Origin: the human T2T-CHM13v2.0 reference genome, Homo sapiens
Reading direction: 5' to 3' (one strand)
DNA length: 64,000 nt
NCBI RefSeq assembly: GCF_009914755.1
Contig: NC_060942.1
The notes under the pieces were generated by a model, which did not search any database, was not told where the DNA came from, and saw nothing but the letters and a program-made list of their open reading frames with translations. The stretch's first letter is position 1; every line of letters starts with the position of its first letter. Below, one piece after another: positions 37,750-54,469 of the stretch. The position numbers and the translations under genes were made by a program.

Positions 37750-40109
37750 TGACCTCTCACTCAGGACTCCAAGTGTGTGTCTTTGAAGCCTTTGTCTTCA
37801 CTCCCGATTGAGGGATTGGGGAGTCCATGGGAGAGTTCTACTCCTGATGAAACCCAGTGCTCCAGATGATAGTCCACTGAAGGACACATTTTCATTCTTA
37901 AGATTCTGAGTGTGCTCTCTGAGGCTGGGTTACAGTCCCAGGTTTCTTAGGTTGAAAGGTACTTATTTGAGAAAGAATCTTCCTGGATGGACGTCTTCTG
38001 GGCTCTTTTTCAGTAGAGATTCATTCCCTGACCCTCAAGAGGAGGCATTCCTGGTTCTTTGGGGAGGCCTCTGCTCTAGAATCTGGGTTAGAGACTCAGG
38101 CAAACCGAGACTGGGTTGCAGTCTTGGGCATCTTTGTTGGGGAGAAGTCATTAGTTAATAACGTGGGAACTTCTCAGTGGACTGGAAACCGTCTTCTGGA
38201 AGCCCTGCTGACTATATGTCCCACAATAATGGCACAAACTCTGTCTGCTTCCTTTCTTGTTGGCATAATTTACTGGGTAACCTAGAACTTCAATGACTTT
38301 CAACTGGCCCCTCAAAGGCCTGTCCCTTCCCATTGCTTTTGCTCCTTTCTCCTCCTCTTACCACCTTCATCTTCCCTTCAGCTCCCTGGACCCTTCAGCA
38401 TGTCTCCTTTGCCATCTCTCTGCCCACCATTGACACTTCAGCCCCTCAACTCCCTACAGTAATTTGAACTTTAGACCCCTGCCCTGATTGCGGGTCTCAA
38501 GGGACTCAGGGAATCCCTGCTAAGCAACTGCATATCAGGGCAAAAGAAAATCTTAAAAGTCTCCTCCACAAATATTGGTAAAAAGCTTTTGCTGTCTTAT
38601 TGAGCAGGTAACCTTAACTTGTCCCATCTGTCAAAATGCAATTCAGATAAGAAGAGGAAGTGGGGCAATGACGAGAGCCAATGATGATATAGATATAGAC
38701 CAGTGAGCTTTGTATTACCCTGTTTACGTAACTCATGGCTAAAATTTCAGAATAAAAGGTGAAATAGATGGTCTCTATTTGTGTCCGTCTATATGTTTAT
38801 GTGTGCATGTATGTATGTATACGTGATATTTTTCTACCTCTGGATAGCATTACAAAATTAATTTATAAAATCTTTTACAAGACTGCTATTCAAATTGGCT
38901 TAAATATTCCTTAAAATCTCAGAAATATAGAAACTAATCCAAATGTTTTTCAAGTTCATGTGATTTAGGTAAACCATTGGAAAGTAAGAATAATTTAATA
39001 TTGCTGGTTTAATAAAACCAGCTATATCTTTTGAGTTATCAGCATTGAGTATAATACGATTATACATTTTGTATTTAATTTTTTCCTAGGTTTTTTGCTT
39101 TTGTGATTTTTTGTTTAGATACTTGCCTAAAATGCATGTGTTGTAAAAATAGTTAACAGGGAAATAACTTGAGATGATGGCTAGCTTTGTCTAGTGTATT
39201 GTGAAATTTTGATAAACAATCCAAGCATATGTGTTAAGAACATGTGTATTAATTTAAGTGGAATAAAAGTTTTATAAATGGACATTTCAATAATAATTAT
39301 GTTTTATAATATCTGACTAATAATTGTTTCCAAAATTTTTTGTAATTTGCAACATTAGACCTATGCTAAATTAAGCAATAGATATTAATTACTAGACCAT
39401 TTCTAAATAAACTACTGAAACATTAATTACTAAGCTTAAGTTTATATAATTTTGGCTACTTATTTTTATATGGTACAGAGAGGCTATATACGTTTGGGTA
39501 TGTTAATAAACTTTTTTTTGCCACCTGAAGAACTGTACTATGAAACAACACATACCTATAAAAAATGCAAAATGATGTATTCATAAAATTTGCTAGCCTG
39601 CTAGATAATCCTGGCATGTGACAGACAATTCGCAATTGCCTACTTCACACTCTAAACGAAATCTTGATCTAGAACTGATTTTTAGATTTTCCAGTCTGGG
39701 AAATCTCAAAAAAAATTTTCTTTCACCTTGTAAAAGGAGATATTAAAAAAATTAGGCTTATGTTAATGTTAAATGTTATTTGTATATTTCAGAAATTGTA
39801 TAAACTTCCAAGAAAATTTTCAGCACACTTGCTGTTGATATGTCCTAGTATAATGTCATCAGTCATAATTTTGGTTATTGTTTAAAACACGATGTGCCAC
39901 AGAAGTCACCAAATTTCCTTGTCAAACACACTCTCATCAGATTAACTATGGCCATTTTAAGTTATCATCCATTGATAGTTTTTGTTTTATTCTGATTGTT
40001 TTCTGCAAGTGTTTTCCACCAACTACACACCAGATTACTTTGTCTTCAACAATCAGGGACTATGCCAGGTAGTCTGGGGTACAGGCTTCTGATGGAGTTG
40101 CTTCAGTAA

Positions 40110-40420
<311 letters not shown>

Positions 40421-40571
40421 CTGCTTCGGTAATTTTTAAACTATACCACTGAACGTAATCTGGATTTCCAAATCTCTGGTGGAGAAGCTGATAGGTTCTT
40501 AAAACTGCTGACCCAAGACCATGCAGAGCAAGAGTTAATCACATGGGACTGAATGAACTGATGAAGGATGA

Positions 40572-40954
<383 letters not shown>

Positions 40955-41010
40955 CTGATTATGCTTTTTTAAAACAGAAATGAAGCATTTATCTTTTTCT
41001 CTCTGCCTAA

Positions 41011-41350
<340 letters not shown>

Positions 41351-42167
41351 AGAAATTCTTATTGAATGTTCTCATCTTCATGGAATATATTTATTCACAC
41401 AAGTTCAATAAGAATCTGTCCTCCTTATAACAGGACATGATGGGAAATACTGGTTATACAACCAAGGCTTTGACTGGAATGTCATATTTGAAAATGATGC
41501 ATCAGATATGACCAGACAGTCTTAAGGAACTGAAGTAGACTTGATGGACCCAGTCTACAATATCTTCTAGGGAAAGCCAGCCTGGTACCTGGCTTACAGT
41601 GTCCTCAGCATTACAGATGAGTAAAGAAGGTCACTTCCTGCCAGGTCCAGGAGGCTTAGGATATTTTGGGAACTTCAGGAAGAGAAGATCTACCCAAAAT
41701 CTGTAGGTGCTATAGGCAAAATCTGGTGACGAATTCTTGCCTTGGCTTCGTAGCTTTCAAAGGTACAATCTGAGATTCCTTACGAAAAGTTTCAGCAAAG
41801 CAAATTTAAAAAGGCCTATGTGATCGATTACCATTCTTGCTGCACTTATGTAAGTAATCAGGCCAAAGGTAATGAGACCCGCCTTATTTTGTAAAGAAGA
41901 ATCATCTTACTTTGATTACCTTTGATCCAAAAGAGGAGTGGCTGTGAAGAGAAATTTTTTAGAAATTTCAGCAGAAAACTATAGCACACTCTTGTGAGTT
42001 ATCAGATTCCTGTCCTGTTCATTGGCTATGAGGTTTTGTTATCCACCTGTATATTAGATTAGGTCCTGCCAGCTTACACATTTTGTCAGTGCCCACTTTT
42101 CCCTTTGCTGCTTATTTAACCAGGAGGAGGAAGGGTAGTAACAGGGATGGGGAAGATGAGGGCAGGC

Positions 42168-42267
42168 CTGTGTGTGTGCGCGCGTGTGTGTGCACGCACG
42201 TGTGTGCGAGTGTGTGCATGTGTGTGTGCGCACGTGTGTGTGCACGCGTGTGTGTATGCATGCATGC
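42168..42267. repeat. Compound (TG)/(CG)/(CA) alternating purine-pyrimidine repeat
   Basis: About 100 nt of R/Y alternation with a single interruption (GAG). Confidence 0.95.
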
Positions 42268-42659
42268 TCATGTGGGTGTAATGTGTGAGGAGTCACAGTG
42301 AGTAGAAGGACCAGAAGCTGGGCTGGGTGGCTGACTGCTAGATGGGGAAGGGGTGAGCACAGCAGTTTCTGTGTTGTTTCAACACCAAACAGGGCTCTGA
42401 CACCCTCCGGGAAAGCATCTTCTCTAGCTGGCTCCAGCATACTGAGGCAGAGGTTGGCCTCACCCCTAATGCTAGTCAGCATGCCACTGCCAGGAGACAG
42501 TGCGTAAGGCTGAGCCAACCCACAGCCCTTCCCCATCTAGCAATGTGGGCCAAGACAAATCGCCAGGGTAGTGGGTCAGAACAATGACCTTCACCCCACT
42601 GCAAGGCCAGTAAGACAAGGACCATCTGTCTTGCCAGTAGGCCAAGGTTAGGCTTGTAG

Positions 42660-43144
<485 letters not shown>

Positions 43145-43341
43145 TGCAAGCATAATTTCTTTTAATCCTTACCAACAGTTCTATGAAGTCAGTATATTAT
43201 TATTCTCTTTTCATAGAATGGCAGCTCAGAGCCAGGATCTGAACTCAGGCCACATTCACTGCCTGTAAAAGTCACTTTAAATCTTGGGAAACTGCATAAG
43301 GTGGCTCAGAATATTTTTGGATTTCAAATGCAGTAAGAGAA

Positions 43342-43787
<446 letters not shown>

Positions 43788-43934
43788 TTAGCAGATTTAC
43801 CTAGCAGTGAGTTCTAGGACAAATGCAAATTTGAAGTCCCTGATAAAGACTTTACATCTCACTGATGAAAAGAAGGGGTGCAACAGCCTGGATTGTGCCA
43901 TCTAAGGACATGCTGTGCAAGGACTGAAGCATGG

Positions 43935-44110
43935 TGGCATTTCTCAGTACGTGGATTTCAAATCCTCTGCCGGAATCTCCTGGACAGATGCTTACAATGC
44001 AGACTCCTGGGCCCCAGCTCAGAGCCACTGAGTCAGAATCTGAACTCCAAATCTGCATTTTTCACAGATCTCTAAGGATGCATGCTGCCGATATGGAAGA
44101 AGCAGTGACA
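43935..44110. mobile_element. MER5-like hAT-Charlie relic
   Basis: AATGCAGACTCCTGGGCCCC...ACTGAGTCAGAATCT...AATCTGCATTTTT. Confidence 0.7.
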
Positions 44111-45204
44111 ACTGGTAACTGATCGGTGTGGCCTTGCTGGTTAGTGGCCCCTGGTTGAGAATCAGTGCCCTCCTTCAGGTGTGTTGTGGCTGGAGGATGG
44201 GAGCAGGAGGAGGTTTTCAACTGCTGGATTGCATCTGAAGCATGTTCACCACAGTGATTCCTTTTAATAGCTGCATAAAATGTCACCAGTGGACACGGCA
44301 TGACATACTTAACCGCTCCTCTACTCTGGGACACCGGGACCTTTTCCGTATTATAGCTAACATTAGGATGAGCATCCTTAGACATACTGCCCTCATATTT
44401 TGAATGACTGCCTTAGATGAGATTCTTAGAAGGATGAAAGGGGGTATGAACATGTTCATGGTGCCTAACATATAGCACTAAATTGCATTTTCCACTTAGG
44501 CTGACACCTGCACTGTTCAAAAGAGTCCGTCTCACCACAGCGCTGCCAGCATTTCAGTCTCCTCACTCTAAAGATAAGGAAACGGAGGCTGGATTGTCGA
44601 AGCGACCTGTGACCTGCCCAGAGCTACACACCTAGTCAATGCCAGAACTAAGACCAGAACCCAGGGAGTTCTTGTTCATGGGCCAGGGCGTTTTGCCACT
44701 GCTGAGTTCTTCAATCTCCAATCAGACAGGAGGGAAAAATCAAGCTTGAAACACATTCTCTCTCTGTTCCAATCTCCCTGCCAGCTGTGACTTCACCCCC
44801 TGAACTAGGAGCTCACGTTTCCATGCTTTTCGTGGTTTCTCTGCCTTGACAACTGGGCCTCTCTTCTCTCTGCTCGAGCTCCACATCCTCCCTGGGCCTG
44901 CTCTGATCAGTCAGATGTCATTCCATACTCGCACTGTAGGTCAGATGTAGATATGCGGGTGGGGAAGCAGTGGGACAAAGGTGAGTGACAGCCAAGGGGA
45001 GGGACACAGGCCAGCCAGCCCTGTCACAGGAGGGAGGACACTGTAGGAGGATGGGTGGGACCAGTTGACAGTGGGCAAGGGGGTGAGTTGGCCTGCCAGT
45101 CTTAGGAGTCTGAATATGGTGGGGAGGGCTTCAGTGCACACCTAATCAGCCATGTGCTACTACTGGGACACAGGGTGTTTACATAGGAGAGCTGGGCTCT
45201 GGCT

Positions 45205-45380
45205 TCCACAGGGTCCTTAACAGTGTCTCTGGTGGGCTTCAGAGAATCCTTAAATCCCCAGCTAAACCATATGCAAAACTGTACAAGTATGTAAGTATGA
45301 TCCTTTTTCTGGGAGACAGCCCATTAGTATTCATCAAATTTTCAAGAAAGTTTATGACCTCTAAAATGTTAAAAAAAAAA
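45205..45380. mobile_element. hAT-Charlie-type DNA transposon relic (family not resolved)
   Basis: TTTTTCTGGGAGACAGCCCATTAGTATTCATCAAATTTTCAAG...TGACCTCTAAAATGTTAA resembles a Charlie-family terminus. Confidence 0.5.
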
Positions 45381-45829
45381 TCCAGGTGAAAGGCAGGTTG
45401 TTGACTAGAACTATAATTTGTTTGTTGTATGAATTATATATTGTTTTACCTATGGTAGGGAAAGATAAAATAATCATAGGTGGCATTTCTCAGATAGATG
45501 ATTGATGGACAGATGATAGATAGAACAGATGATTGATACATGAATAGAACAAACAAATCTACATTTAACAAATAGGTATCATAAAGAATCATTATTCATG
45601 CCACCTACATTTCTTATTTTTCCATTGCATGAGAAGGAGATCATGGAGCTGGGAGGAGGCAGGAAGCCTGGTGCTGAGGTGTTCAGAGTCACTGCCCTCC
45701 ACAGATGATCAGAGGCAAAGATAAAGTCTTGGTGCAGTGATGAAGTCAGTTAGTGGGAAAACGGGATTTGGTTTCGCAACTTTTCCAGAGCTGTCTCTTG
45801 CATAAGATGGGACACACACTTGAAAATAA

Positions 45830-46420
45830 TCACGATGAGCCCTTATTGAGCACTTAGTGGGTGTCAGGCACTGTGCTAAGCGCTTTGCAAGTATTATCTT
45901 GTTTACTTCTCATCTGGTGGTTTGGACAGCACTATAACTTCCACTTCACAAGGGAGGAAATGCAGGCCCAGGGATGTTAAGTCACTGTCCCCAAAGCACA
46001 CAGCTGTTGAGTGGAACAATGGGTACCCGAAGCCAGGCAGGGTGGGTTCCCAGCTGGGGCTTCTGGTGCCTGGGCAAGATATGCCCTTTGAGAGCAGTGA
46101 TGTTGGGATGTCAGAATCAACCCCATCTTTGTCTTCCACAAAAGGGCTGGACTCTGAATATCAAAACTCTCCTCTTCCCTTTGCCTTTAAAGGCATAGGG
46201 AGGCACATACAGTTGAAATTATCCAGGCTAATTGTTCATTAGATGTTACTGAGCATCTAATATGAGCCAGGCAACATATAAAAGGCTTTATAGTCATTTT
46301 CTTAATTTCACCATTACCACAAGCTTTTAGGGTGAGGATTAGCATGCCCATTTTACAGATGGGGTACTGAGGTACAAGGAAGTTTAGAGGATCTGCCTGA
46401 GGTCAGCTAATAGAGGGAGA
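45830..46420 (-). mobile_element. Two MIR SINEs (about 45830-46040 and 46240-46420)
   Basis: TTATTGAGCACTTA...CAGGCACTGTGCTAAGCGCTTT and CCCATTTTACAGATGGGGTACTGAGG. Confidence 0.75.
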
Positions 46421-47248
46421 GGAGCTAGATTGCACCCACTCTCTTTCTGTTTCTCTGCCTCTCCCTGGGTAATTCAGGGCACAAAGGTACAAGGTACAAC
46501 CTTCCTTGTTGGGGTCTGCATGATGATTAGGGCATGAGAAAGACCCAGGGAGCTTCCTGCCATGGTCCAAAGGGAAAAAGGGAAGCAAGGAAGAAGGGAA
46601 GAAAAGAAAACATGGATGAAACATGGGCTATATATGTCAGGCAGTACCAAGATGTTGATGAATGATCCAAAAATATTGCTACAATTTCAAAAGTCTTACA
46701 AAAGAGGGGCACTGGCCACTGGCCATAGGACTGTGAATTGGTCCACCCTGAGCCACACACTCCAGGATACACTCAGAGGTATGACTATATCTTTTTGGAA
46801 TTTGGCTGTGTTCTTTGAGGTCAAAGCTCCTGGCCTCATGAAATGTTCTTGACAGGTTCGAGTAAATATGGGAATACACACACTCTGTGAAAATGGTGGT
46901 TCCCTCAGTCCTTCCCCTCTCAGGGTTTTGAACTTGGTTCTGGAAGCCCCAGGGCCTAGGAGGCTGTAGGAACAGCCAGCTCTGAGGAAAGGGTCAGGAA
47001 GTGACTAGTGGACAGGGTGATGGCTGTGGCTCAGGGTCATGGCTGGGAAACTCGGAAAGGGAGGTCTCTGAAAGCTATGTCAAGTCCAAAGGCCACAGCT
47101 GGATGCAGAGTCTGAGAGGCCTCTGGCAGCAGAACACACTGCCCATGTACCCAGTAAGCAAGCAGGGGTTAGGGCTGGGCACAATTCTGGGCTTGCGACC
47201 CTGTCACCTGGGGTCCTGACAGACAGGCGTGACCAGGGGTCAGGAATC

Positions 47249-47305
47249 GATCTGAATGGCCAGGAGGTCAATCAAGGATCTGAATGGCCAGGAGGTCAAT
47301 CAAGG
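47249..47305. repeat. Perfect 28-bp tandem duplication
   Basis: GATCTGAATGGCCAGGAGGTCAATCAAG x2. Confidence 0.95.
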
Positions 47306-48355
47306 CAGGAGGAAGCAGTCTGAGGATAGACCCCAGCTCTCACAGATGATCCAGAGCCTTAGGGATACCTGAGCGGGGGAGGAGTGCTCTGCAGGCAGGG
47401 GCACAGCCCTGGGACTGTTCTCTGGCACAGGACAAGGCCCGAGCTGTAACCAGGGAGAGCAGGGGAACCCCAGAGGATTGTAGCCATTGACTGTATACCA
47501 AAAGCAAGACCAAGCCTATAGCTGCCGTTCTTTCATGGCAGTCTCCAAAATCTGCCCTGTTCAATTCTTTAAGGGTTCCCTCTCCCGACTTAACAGTCCC
47601 TTTGGGTCTGGCATTTCCTTTCATTTTAGAAAATAAAACTTTGTGCTTCTTAAGTCTTGAAAGCAATATAGACACCTTATGGAAAACTTGATGTGTCTAG
47701 GACTCTATTATAAAGGCAGTTTTTTTACCCTGTGTTCTTCACTAGCCATTTTATAGTGAGCATCATCCCATAATGCACTCGCCCTCACCCTCCATCCCAA
47801 CCTTTCCCACTGCCTCATTTGAAGTCTCACCTGCAAGTGCCCCTGGCTGGCATCTGTGTCCTCTGATTAAATGAGTCACACTCTGAGCTATATTGCCACT
47901 GCTAAATGCTCAAGTCCTAGTCTCTTTATGGGAATTGTTTAAAAGATCTGAAGAAGTCAAGTCTGCATAATAGGAACCCAGAGAAACTCTCACCAGCAAT
48001 GCCAATCCTCACCCAGTGCTGCCTCCTAGAGCCACCAAATGTGGGAAGAGCTGGTGCATAACTGAATTCTCATTAGCAGTCCCTTACCCTATATTCTCAT
48101 TTGCCATCTGGTCCCATGTAGGCTTGGAAACTAGAAAACTAAATGTTAAAATTGTGCATGAAATAGGAGCAAATAGGCCCCATGTGACATGGGCCCCAAG
48201 GAAGTGTGCTGGGGTATGTATTCTCTGACCTCTTTTGTCACAGGAACATTTGTCCTATGTTCCAAACAAAAATTGTTTTATTTTTCTCTCGGGTGCTTGG
48301 CTCTGTCCCAGATACAAGAGGTAGCCAAATAAATGAGGATTCCCTGTAACTGTAA

Positions 48356-48677
<322 letters not shown>

Positions 48678-50649
48678 AACTCTAATATTCTTTACATGTT
48701 ATATAGGGTTTTATTTCTTTGAAATGTAAACGATTTCCTTCTCAGTGCTATGACATTTGTGTGGTGTGGTCATCTCATTGCAGGAAGGGGATGTGCCTGC
48801 ATTCTATATTTCACTCCTCTGGGCAGGCTGAGAACTACCACTAGTTTAGTGCAAACCAATCTAGGGTTAGACTAGAAAAACCAGATTTTTAGATCTTACT
48901 TTATCTCAAACTGTACTGTGTGACTCTAACCGGGTTGGAAATAGAAGAATACTCAGCCTGTCAAAGTTGCTGGGCCCCTCACAGACCCTATAGACCCATA
49001 CTCTCACTTGACCCTTATGGAAGGAGGGTGTGCCTAAGGTTACAAAAGAAGCTATTGGCTAATCTCCTCCACAAGAGACCTTATGAAATGACTAACAACA
49101 TCCTGTGTAGGAACGTGTGCATTTATAACCCACCTTGTTCCCAAAAGGATTTGAGCCAGCTTACAAATGCGCCTACAGGGCAAGGTAAACATACATAAAA
49201 AATAAGGAAGAAAAATGGGGCAAAGGAAAAGTAAGAGGGAAGATGGAGCCAGGATTTGGGTCATGTTCAAGATGAATGCCAAGAAGACCTGCCCACGTGA
49301 CACGGCATGGCGATAGACTTAGTACTAAGATGCTGGCAGCCAAGAGGAGGGTGAAATACAACAGTCCCATGGAGCTCCGCTTTTTTGTTCTTTAGGTGTC
49401 TTCACTAACCCACAATGCGCCCCTTTTCTTTTGAGGCATCAGTTTTCCAGTCTGTCTAATGGGCAAATCCTGCCTTGTAGGATCTTTGTGAGGATTCAGT
49501 TAGAGCTTGTCTGTGAAGGAAAGCACTCGAAAAGTAAAGTGGGATACACACAAAACTGATCATTTCATTTTCTTGGCTGTGTCCTTGCCATGTATAAAAT
49601 ACTACTCACTTTCCATTGGCCGATGGAGCCACCAGATTGAAGCTACTATCGTTGATCAAAGTTAATTCTGTATACATTCTTAAGAACATCAAACACTGCC
49701 CAAACAATAGGAAGCCTCATGGCACTTCCTGCACTCAAATTCTGTCCATTTCCATCATTATACCTTTTTCTCTTTCCTTGCTTCAACTGGGAAAAATAAA
49801 GGTACTCAGAAAGGAACAGCAGGGAATGTCAAATTTAAGTAAAGTTTAAGTCCCCCTTAGAACACTTTTTTTTTTTCCCCGAGAGCGAGTGATGTTGGAT
49901 AAGAGAGAGGAGAGACCAGGATTGGGGATGGAGAGTGGACCCCATTAGGGGTCTCTCTGGCTGCAGTTTGAAAGGCAGTGCCCCTGCCTGTCACTCAGAG
50001 GCTTTCCCCAACCTTTAGTGTTGGTGGTGGAATAAGGCATCTTCTGAATACAGGCCAGAATTTTAGCTGAGAGTGAACCAGTGGTCCAGGGTAGGCAAGC
50101 TGCCATTTCAAAGGGTGGGAGGGGGTAGAGCCACCAACTCTGGTCAAGCAGGGTTCTCTGGGTGACCTTAGACAGCTTCCTCTATGTGGCTTTTGCCTAT
50201 AACCTGGGGGTACTCTCTGAGGAGAGCTTTTCAATAAATAAAAGCATTAACAGCAAGAAGAATCATATAAATAACATAGCAATATAAATAGCATAGAAAT
50301 AACATAGAATAATATAGACAATAGGTTTGGCTTGGGGTTGAACATGAGAAGGTTGCCATGGGGAAAGGGGTCCAGAAATCTCCTTGGGAACTCACTGGTC
50401 CTACAAGGCAATAAGAGCTGCCAGAGCCTGCTAACTGTGGGCGGATGAGGAAACGGAGACAAACCAACCCCAGCTGGGAACATGATCAGATAAGAAGTGG
50501 TCCTTCTGTCTGCGGAGCCCTTCACACTTCTCAAAGTGACCACTCGACAGTTAATATTATTCTCTCCATTTTATGAGGAGGAAACAGAGACCCAGTTGGT
50601 TATATTACTTGTCAAAATGGCAAGAACCTGGCAGTCCCAGCAGAAAGAC

Positions 50650-50850
50650 AGCACTTAACAGCAGGGACTCGAAGGCAGACTCTGCATCCTGGCTCTGCTA
50701 TCACTCACTGTGTGACGTGAGGCAAATGCTTTAGTCTCTCTCTGCCTCAGTTTCCTCATCTGTAAAAGCTGAGTGGATTACCTGAGCTAATATCTGTAAA
50801 GTGCTTAGAACACCCGCTGGCATATATATCAGGTGCCACATAAGCATGCT
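50650..50850 (+). mobile_element. MIR SINE
   Basis: CTGTGTGACGTGAGGCAAATG...CTGCCTCAGTTTCCTCATCTGTAAAA...GTAAAGTGCTTAGAACA. Confidence 0.85.
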
Positions 50851-52264
50851 AAAATAAACACATCAACTCCTAGTGCCTGCCTCTGCAACTCCCAAACCAA
50901 AATGGGACAATGGCAAAACACCACGTGTGTGCCCCATCCTGTGGGAGAAATTCAATCCCACTCAATATCAACTAAGGGTGGTCATTTGGGGATGGAAAGA
51001 GGGAATAGGGCTTGAGGGAGGTGGGGAGCAGGTACTTGGCAAACATCCTAGATGCCCTGGGGACCATCTCTGTTTCCTCTCTCTCTGAGGACTTTGCCAA
51101 GAAGGAACACACAGGCTGGATAAATCTGTGCCAAGCAGGAACAAAATGGTATCTGGTCTGGACAAGCTGAGAAGTTAAATATGCCCAGGTTACCACCAGG
51201 GGCAAACACTGGCTCCCAGCCCTGTTCCTCCTTTTTCTCTTTGCTTTTGGTGGATTTGTTTTGGTGGCTGCCAAAGGTGCCTATCAGGAACGACAGGTGA
51301 TTTGCTTTTGGGCAGGGCTGCGAAGATGTCAGGGAAACAAGTTACCTTTCTCATAACTCTGGCCCTCGCAGGCTACAGGATGACCATGGGTCGGAATGAT
51401 GCTTCCCAAAGCCACCGACACACACACAGGAGCTGGGTCTAGGAGCCAGGAGTCTAGCTTCTAGCCCAGCCCTGCCTCTATGGGGCTGTGTGTTCTAGGG
51501 CAAATACTTCTCCCTCCCTGGTCCTTAATGTTCTCCTCAGCAAAATGAGGGTCTTGGAGGGGTGGGGTGGGGGTGATAAACTTGAAAGACCTTTTTGGCT
51601 CTCATCTGTGAGTTTGGAGGAAGCATTCTGGGGCCAGAGCTGCAGAATTCTGAATGGCTCTCGGGTGGGCCTACTTTCTCCTAGTTCCTAGGCCCTCTTC
51701 TGCAAGACTCCGTTTTTATTATTGATTTGGCAGTGAAGTAGAGTGTTCTATGTTCTTGGCTCAGCCCTGGTGGAAACAGAAGATAGACTCCAAAAGCAGA
51801 GGATGGCAAGTGAAGCGTGTCAGGCATGGCCTTCTTCACCTCACCGCCCTGTCCATCCATCTCGAGGTTTTGAAGGCACCTGGTTTTACTGATAATCTGG
51901 GGTGAGCATGAAGCCGCTGGGGGAAGGGACAGGCTACAGGGGAGCATGAAGCTGAAGGCAAATTCCTGGGCCTCCCCACACAGGGTGAGCTCCCCAGAGG
52001 AGGGTAGGGGCTGGGGAGATACAGTGTAGGGGAAGAGGATGAAGGCCTGGCCAACTGCTCCACTTCCATCTTCCTCAGCCCCTTTCTCAGAGGCGACAGG
52101 GGATGCAGAGAGTCAAGTCCACTCCTGGCCTCAAGGAGCATAACCACATTCTGTGTTTTCTTTTCCCAAAGAGATCAGAAGCTTCTGGAAGGGTAGGGGT
52201 CATGGCTTATTTATTTATTTTTTCCTTTTCTATTCCCCTTGTCCTAACACATAAAATACCTGCA

Positions 52265-52470
52265 CATGTGGTGGTTAAGCACACCGATCCTAGAGTCAGA
52301 CTGCTCTAGTGTGAATCCCGGTGGTCTTCTACTTAATCAACCTCAGTTTCCTTGTCTTTAAAATGGGAAAAATGATAATTCCTACCTCATAGGGATCTTA
52401 CGAGGATTCAATAAAGTAATACTTACAGGACATTTAGCACAGGGCCTGGCACTTGGAAGGTGGCCCATAA
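52265..52470 (+). mobile_element. MIR SINE
   Basis: CCTCAGTTTCCTTGTCTTTAAAATGGG...CCTACCTCATAGGG...GCCTGGCAC. Confidence 0.85.
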
Positions 52471-54469
52471 AAAGGCTTACCAAGATGAATGGAGCTGAAT
52501 TGCTTCTGGTCAAAATTCATCATCACAAGAAAGTCAGATGCATGTTCCTTTCTTGCTACTACAAATCATGCCTACACTAATTCATTCATCACCTCTGTGT
52601 CCACAGATGGTGCAAAGATCAACTTTACCAAAGCCAAGCTCAACTCTCCTAAGTTTCAAATCAGTGAGGTTCCTGAACTTCTACTACATGCAAAATATTA
52701 TTTTAATCATTCATTTTACCCTCTTTCTTCTCCAAATACTTTATTAAAATTGGTAATAGTAGCCTGAATGACCTGAATTTCTCCTACTTTTACTTTTTAC
52801 CAAAGTGCTGCCCCCATCCCACATGCCATAGTAGTCAATGCCCAGCAGGCAGGACCCCAGAGGCATGAACATTAGGTTCACAGAGCGCTGGGCAGCCCAG
52901 AGCCCAGGGGGCCTCCAGCCCCCAGAGATTCTGGATCTGTGGGGCTGTGGTCTCTTCACACAGTGCCTGGCAGGGCCGCAGGATGACAAGAACCCCTGCA
53001 GGAACAGACATGCCTTGGTCTTTTGCAACCTGTTCAGATACTGGTTGAGGGTAATGAATGGAAAAGAGTCACAGCATTAATCGCTCTGATCTGGAGTTGC
53101 CAATTTGGCTCATGCTCGGACCCACCTCCAGACCCACAGTCTCCTCCCGCACAATGACTGGGCTTGCTTGAAGTGACCAAAGATGATGCCAGGCTCCGAT
53201 GGGGGTCACTGCTGGCCAACTACCCTAGAGAAACATTTCGCTAGCACACTCAGTGACAAGGAGCTAGAATCCCAAGCACTGTGGAAGCCTCACTTCTTCC
53301 AAAAGATGCATTAATCCAGTCCTCTTGTTGAGGGCTTGTTCATGCATCTCACCGGTATCTACTGAGCAACTACTCTGTGCCACATAGGTGCTATGCTAGG
53401 TCCCTAACATGGAGCTACCCTAAAATTAAAGCACAGTATAACAGCAGGCACGCTGGGATGAGGAGCTGGGAGGCTAGTCAGAGTTCCAGCTCTGCCACTA
53501 ACTAGTAGTATGATCTTGGGCAGGTCATCTCCCGCTCTGGGTCTCAAGGGCCTCATCTATTAAACCCAGGACTGGGCTGAGGATGCCTGTGGTCCAGCTG
53601 TTAAAGATCCCGGTTAAATAATAAAGATCCTGGATCTATTAAATAACATCCCTGATGTATAAATAGTGGCAATCTTGATCAAAGAGCTCCAAGCTTGTAG
53701 AAAACACAAGCTCAGCAACCTACCAATCTCCCCCTTGCCATAGTAAGGGCACCTGTTTGCTACCTGAAAATGTAAGAACTCACAGCCTTGGGATGAGTGA
53801 GAAGTTGAACTGGCCGCAGGGAGAGACACCTGAGAGGGCAGTGGCAGTCTGAGGGGGGCCAGGTGGCCTTCTTGATGTGATATGAGGGATCCCTGAAAGG
53901 CCTCCCCTGTCCCAAATATCTGCTCCCTATCCCCCAAATCTGGGGTCCTGCATCTGGAATTCCACCATTTGAGACAAGTTTTTTTTTTTTTTTTTCCAGT
54001 GCCGGGGGAGCAGTGGGGGGTCGTCTTTGATTGCAGACACCTTCAAGCAAAACGCACACAGCCATGAGAAGGGTGTGGTTCCCACCCTTCTAAGGTTGCC
54101 TGGGTCTTCCCTGCCTGCCAGCAGAGGCCTGGCAGCTTGTGGGCCCTGGGTGCTTGGGGCTGGAGGAGGTGGGGGGGACCCAGAAGGGACCCTAAAGGGG
54201 GCTGTGGGGGAGGGAGGGCCTCCTGGGCTGACTCAAGGTCTCCTTCACCAAGACCCAGAGGGCCTGGGGGACGGGGGCAGGGAAAGAGAAAGAGCACGTG
54301 CAAGATTTGAGTTCTCCAGGAGGGCTGGGAGTGGGAGAGTCCAGGGAAAGAGCTGGTGCCTCCCTTTGGCTAACCGATCCCTTGGAAGAGCCAGCTCAGA
54401 GAGGGGAGGAAGGGAGGGCGGGTCAGGAGACAGGGTGGGGCCGGGATGAGAGGAAACTGTAAAACCAAC

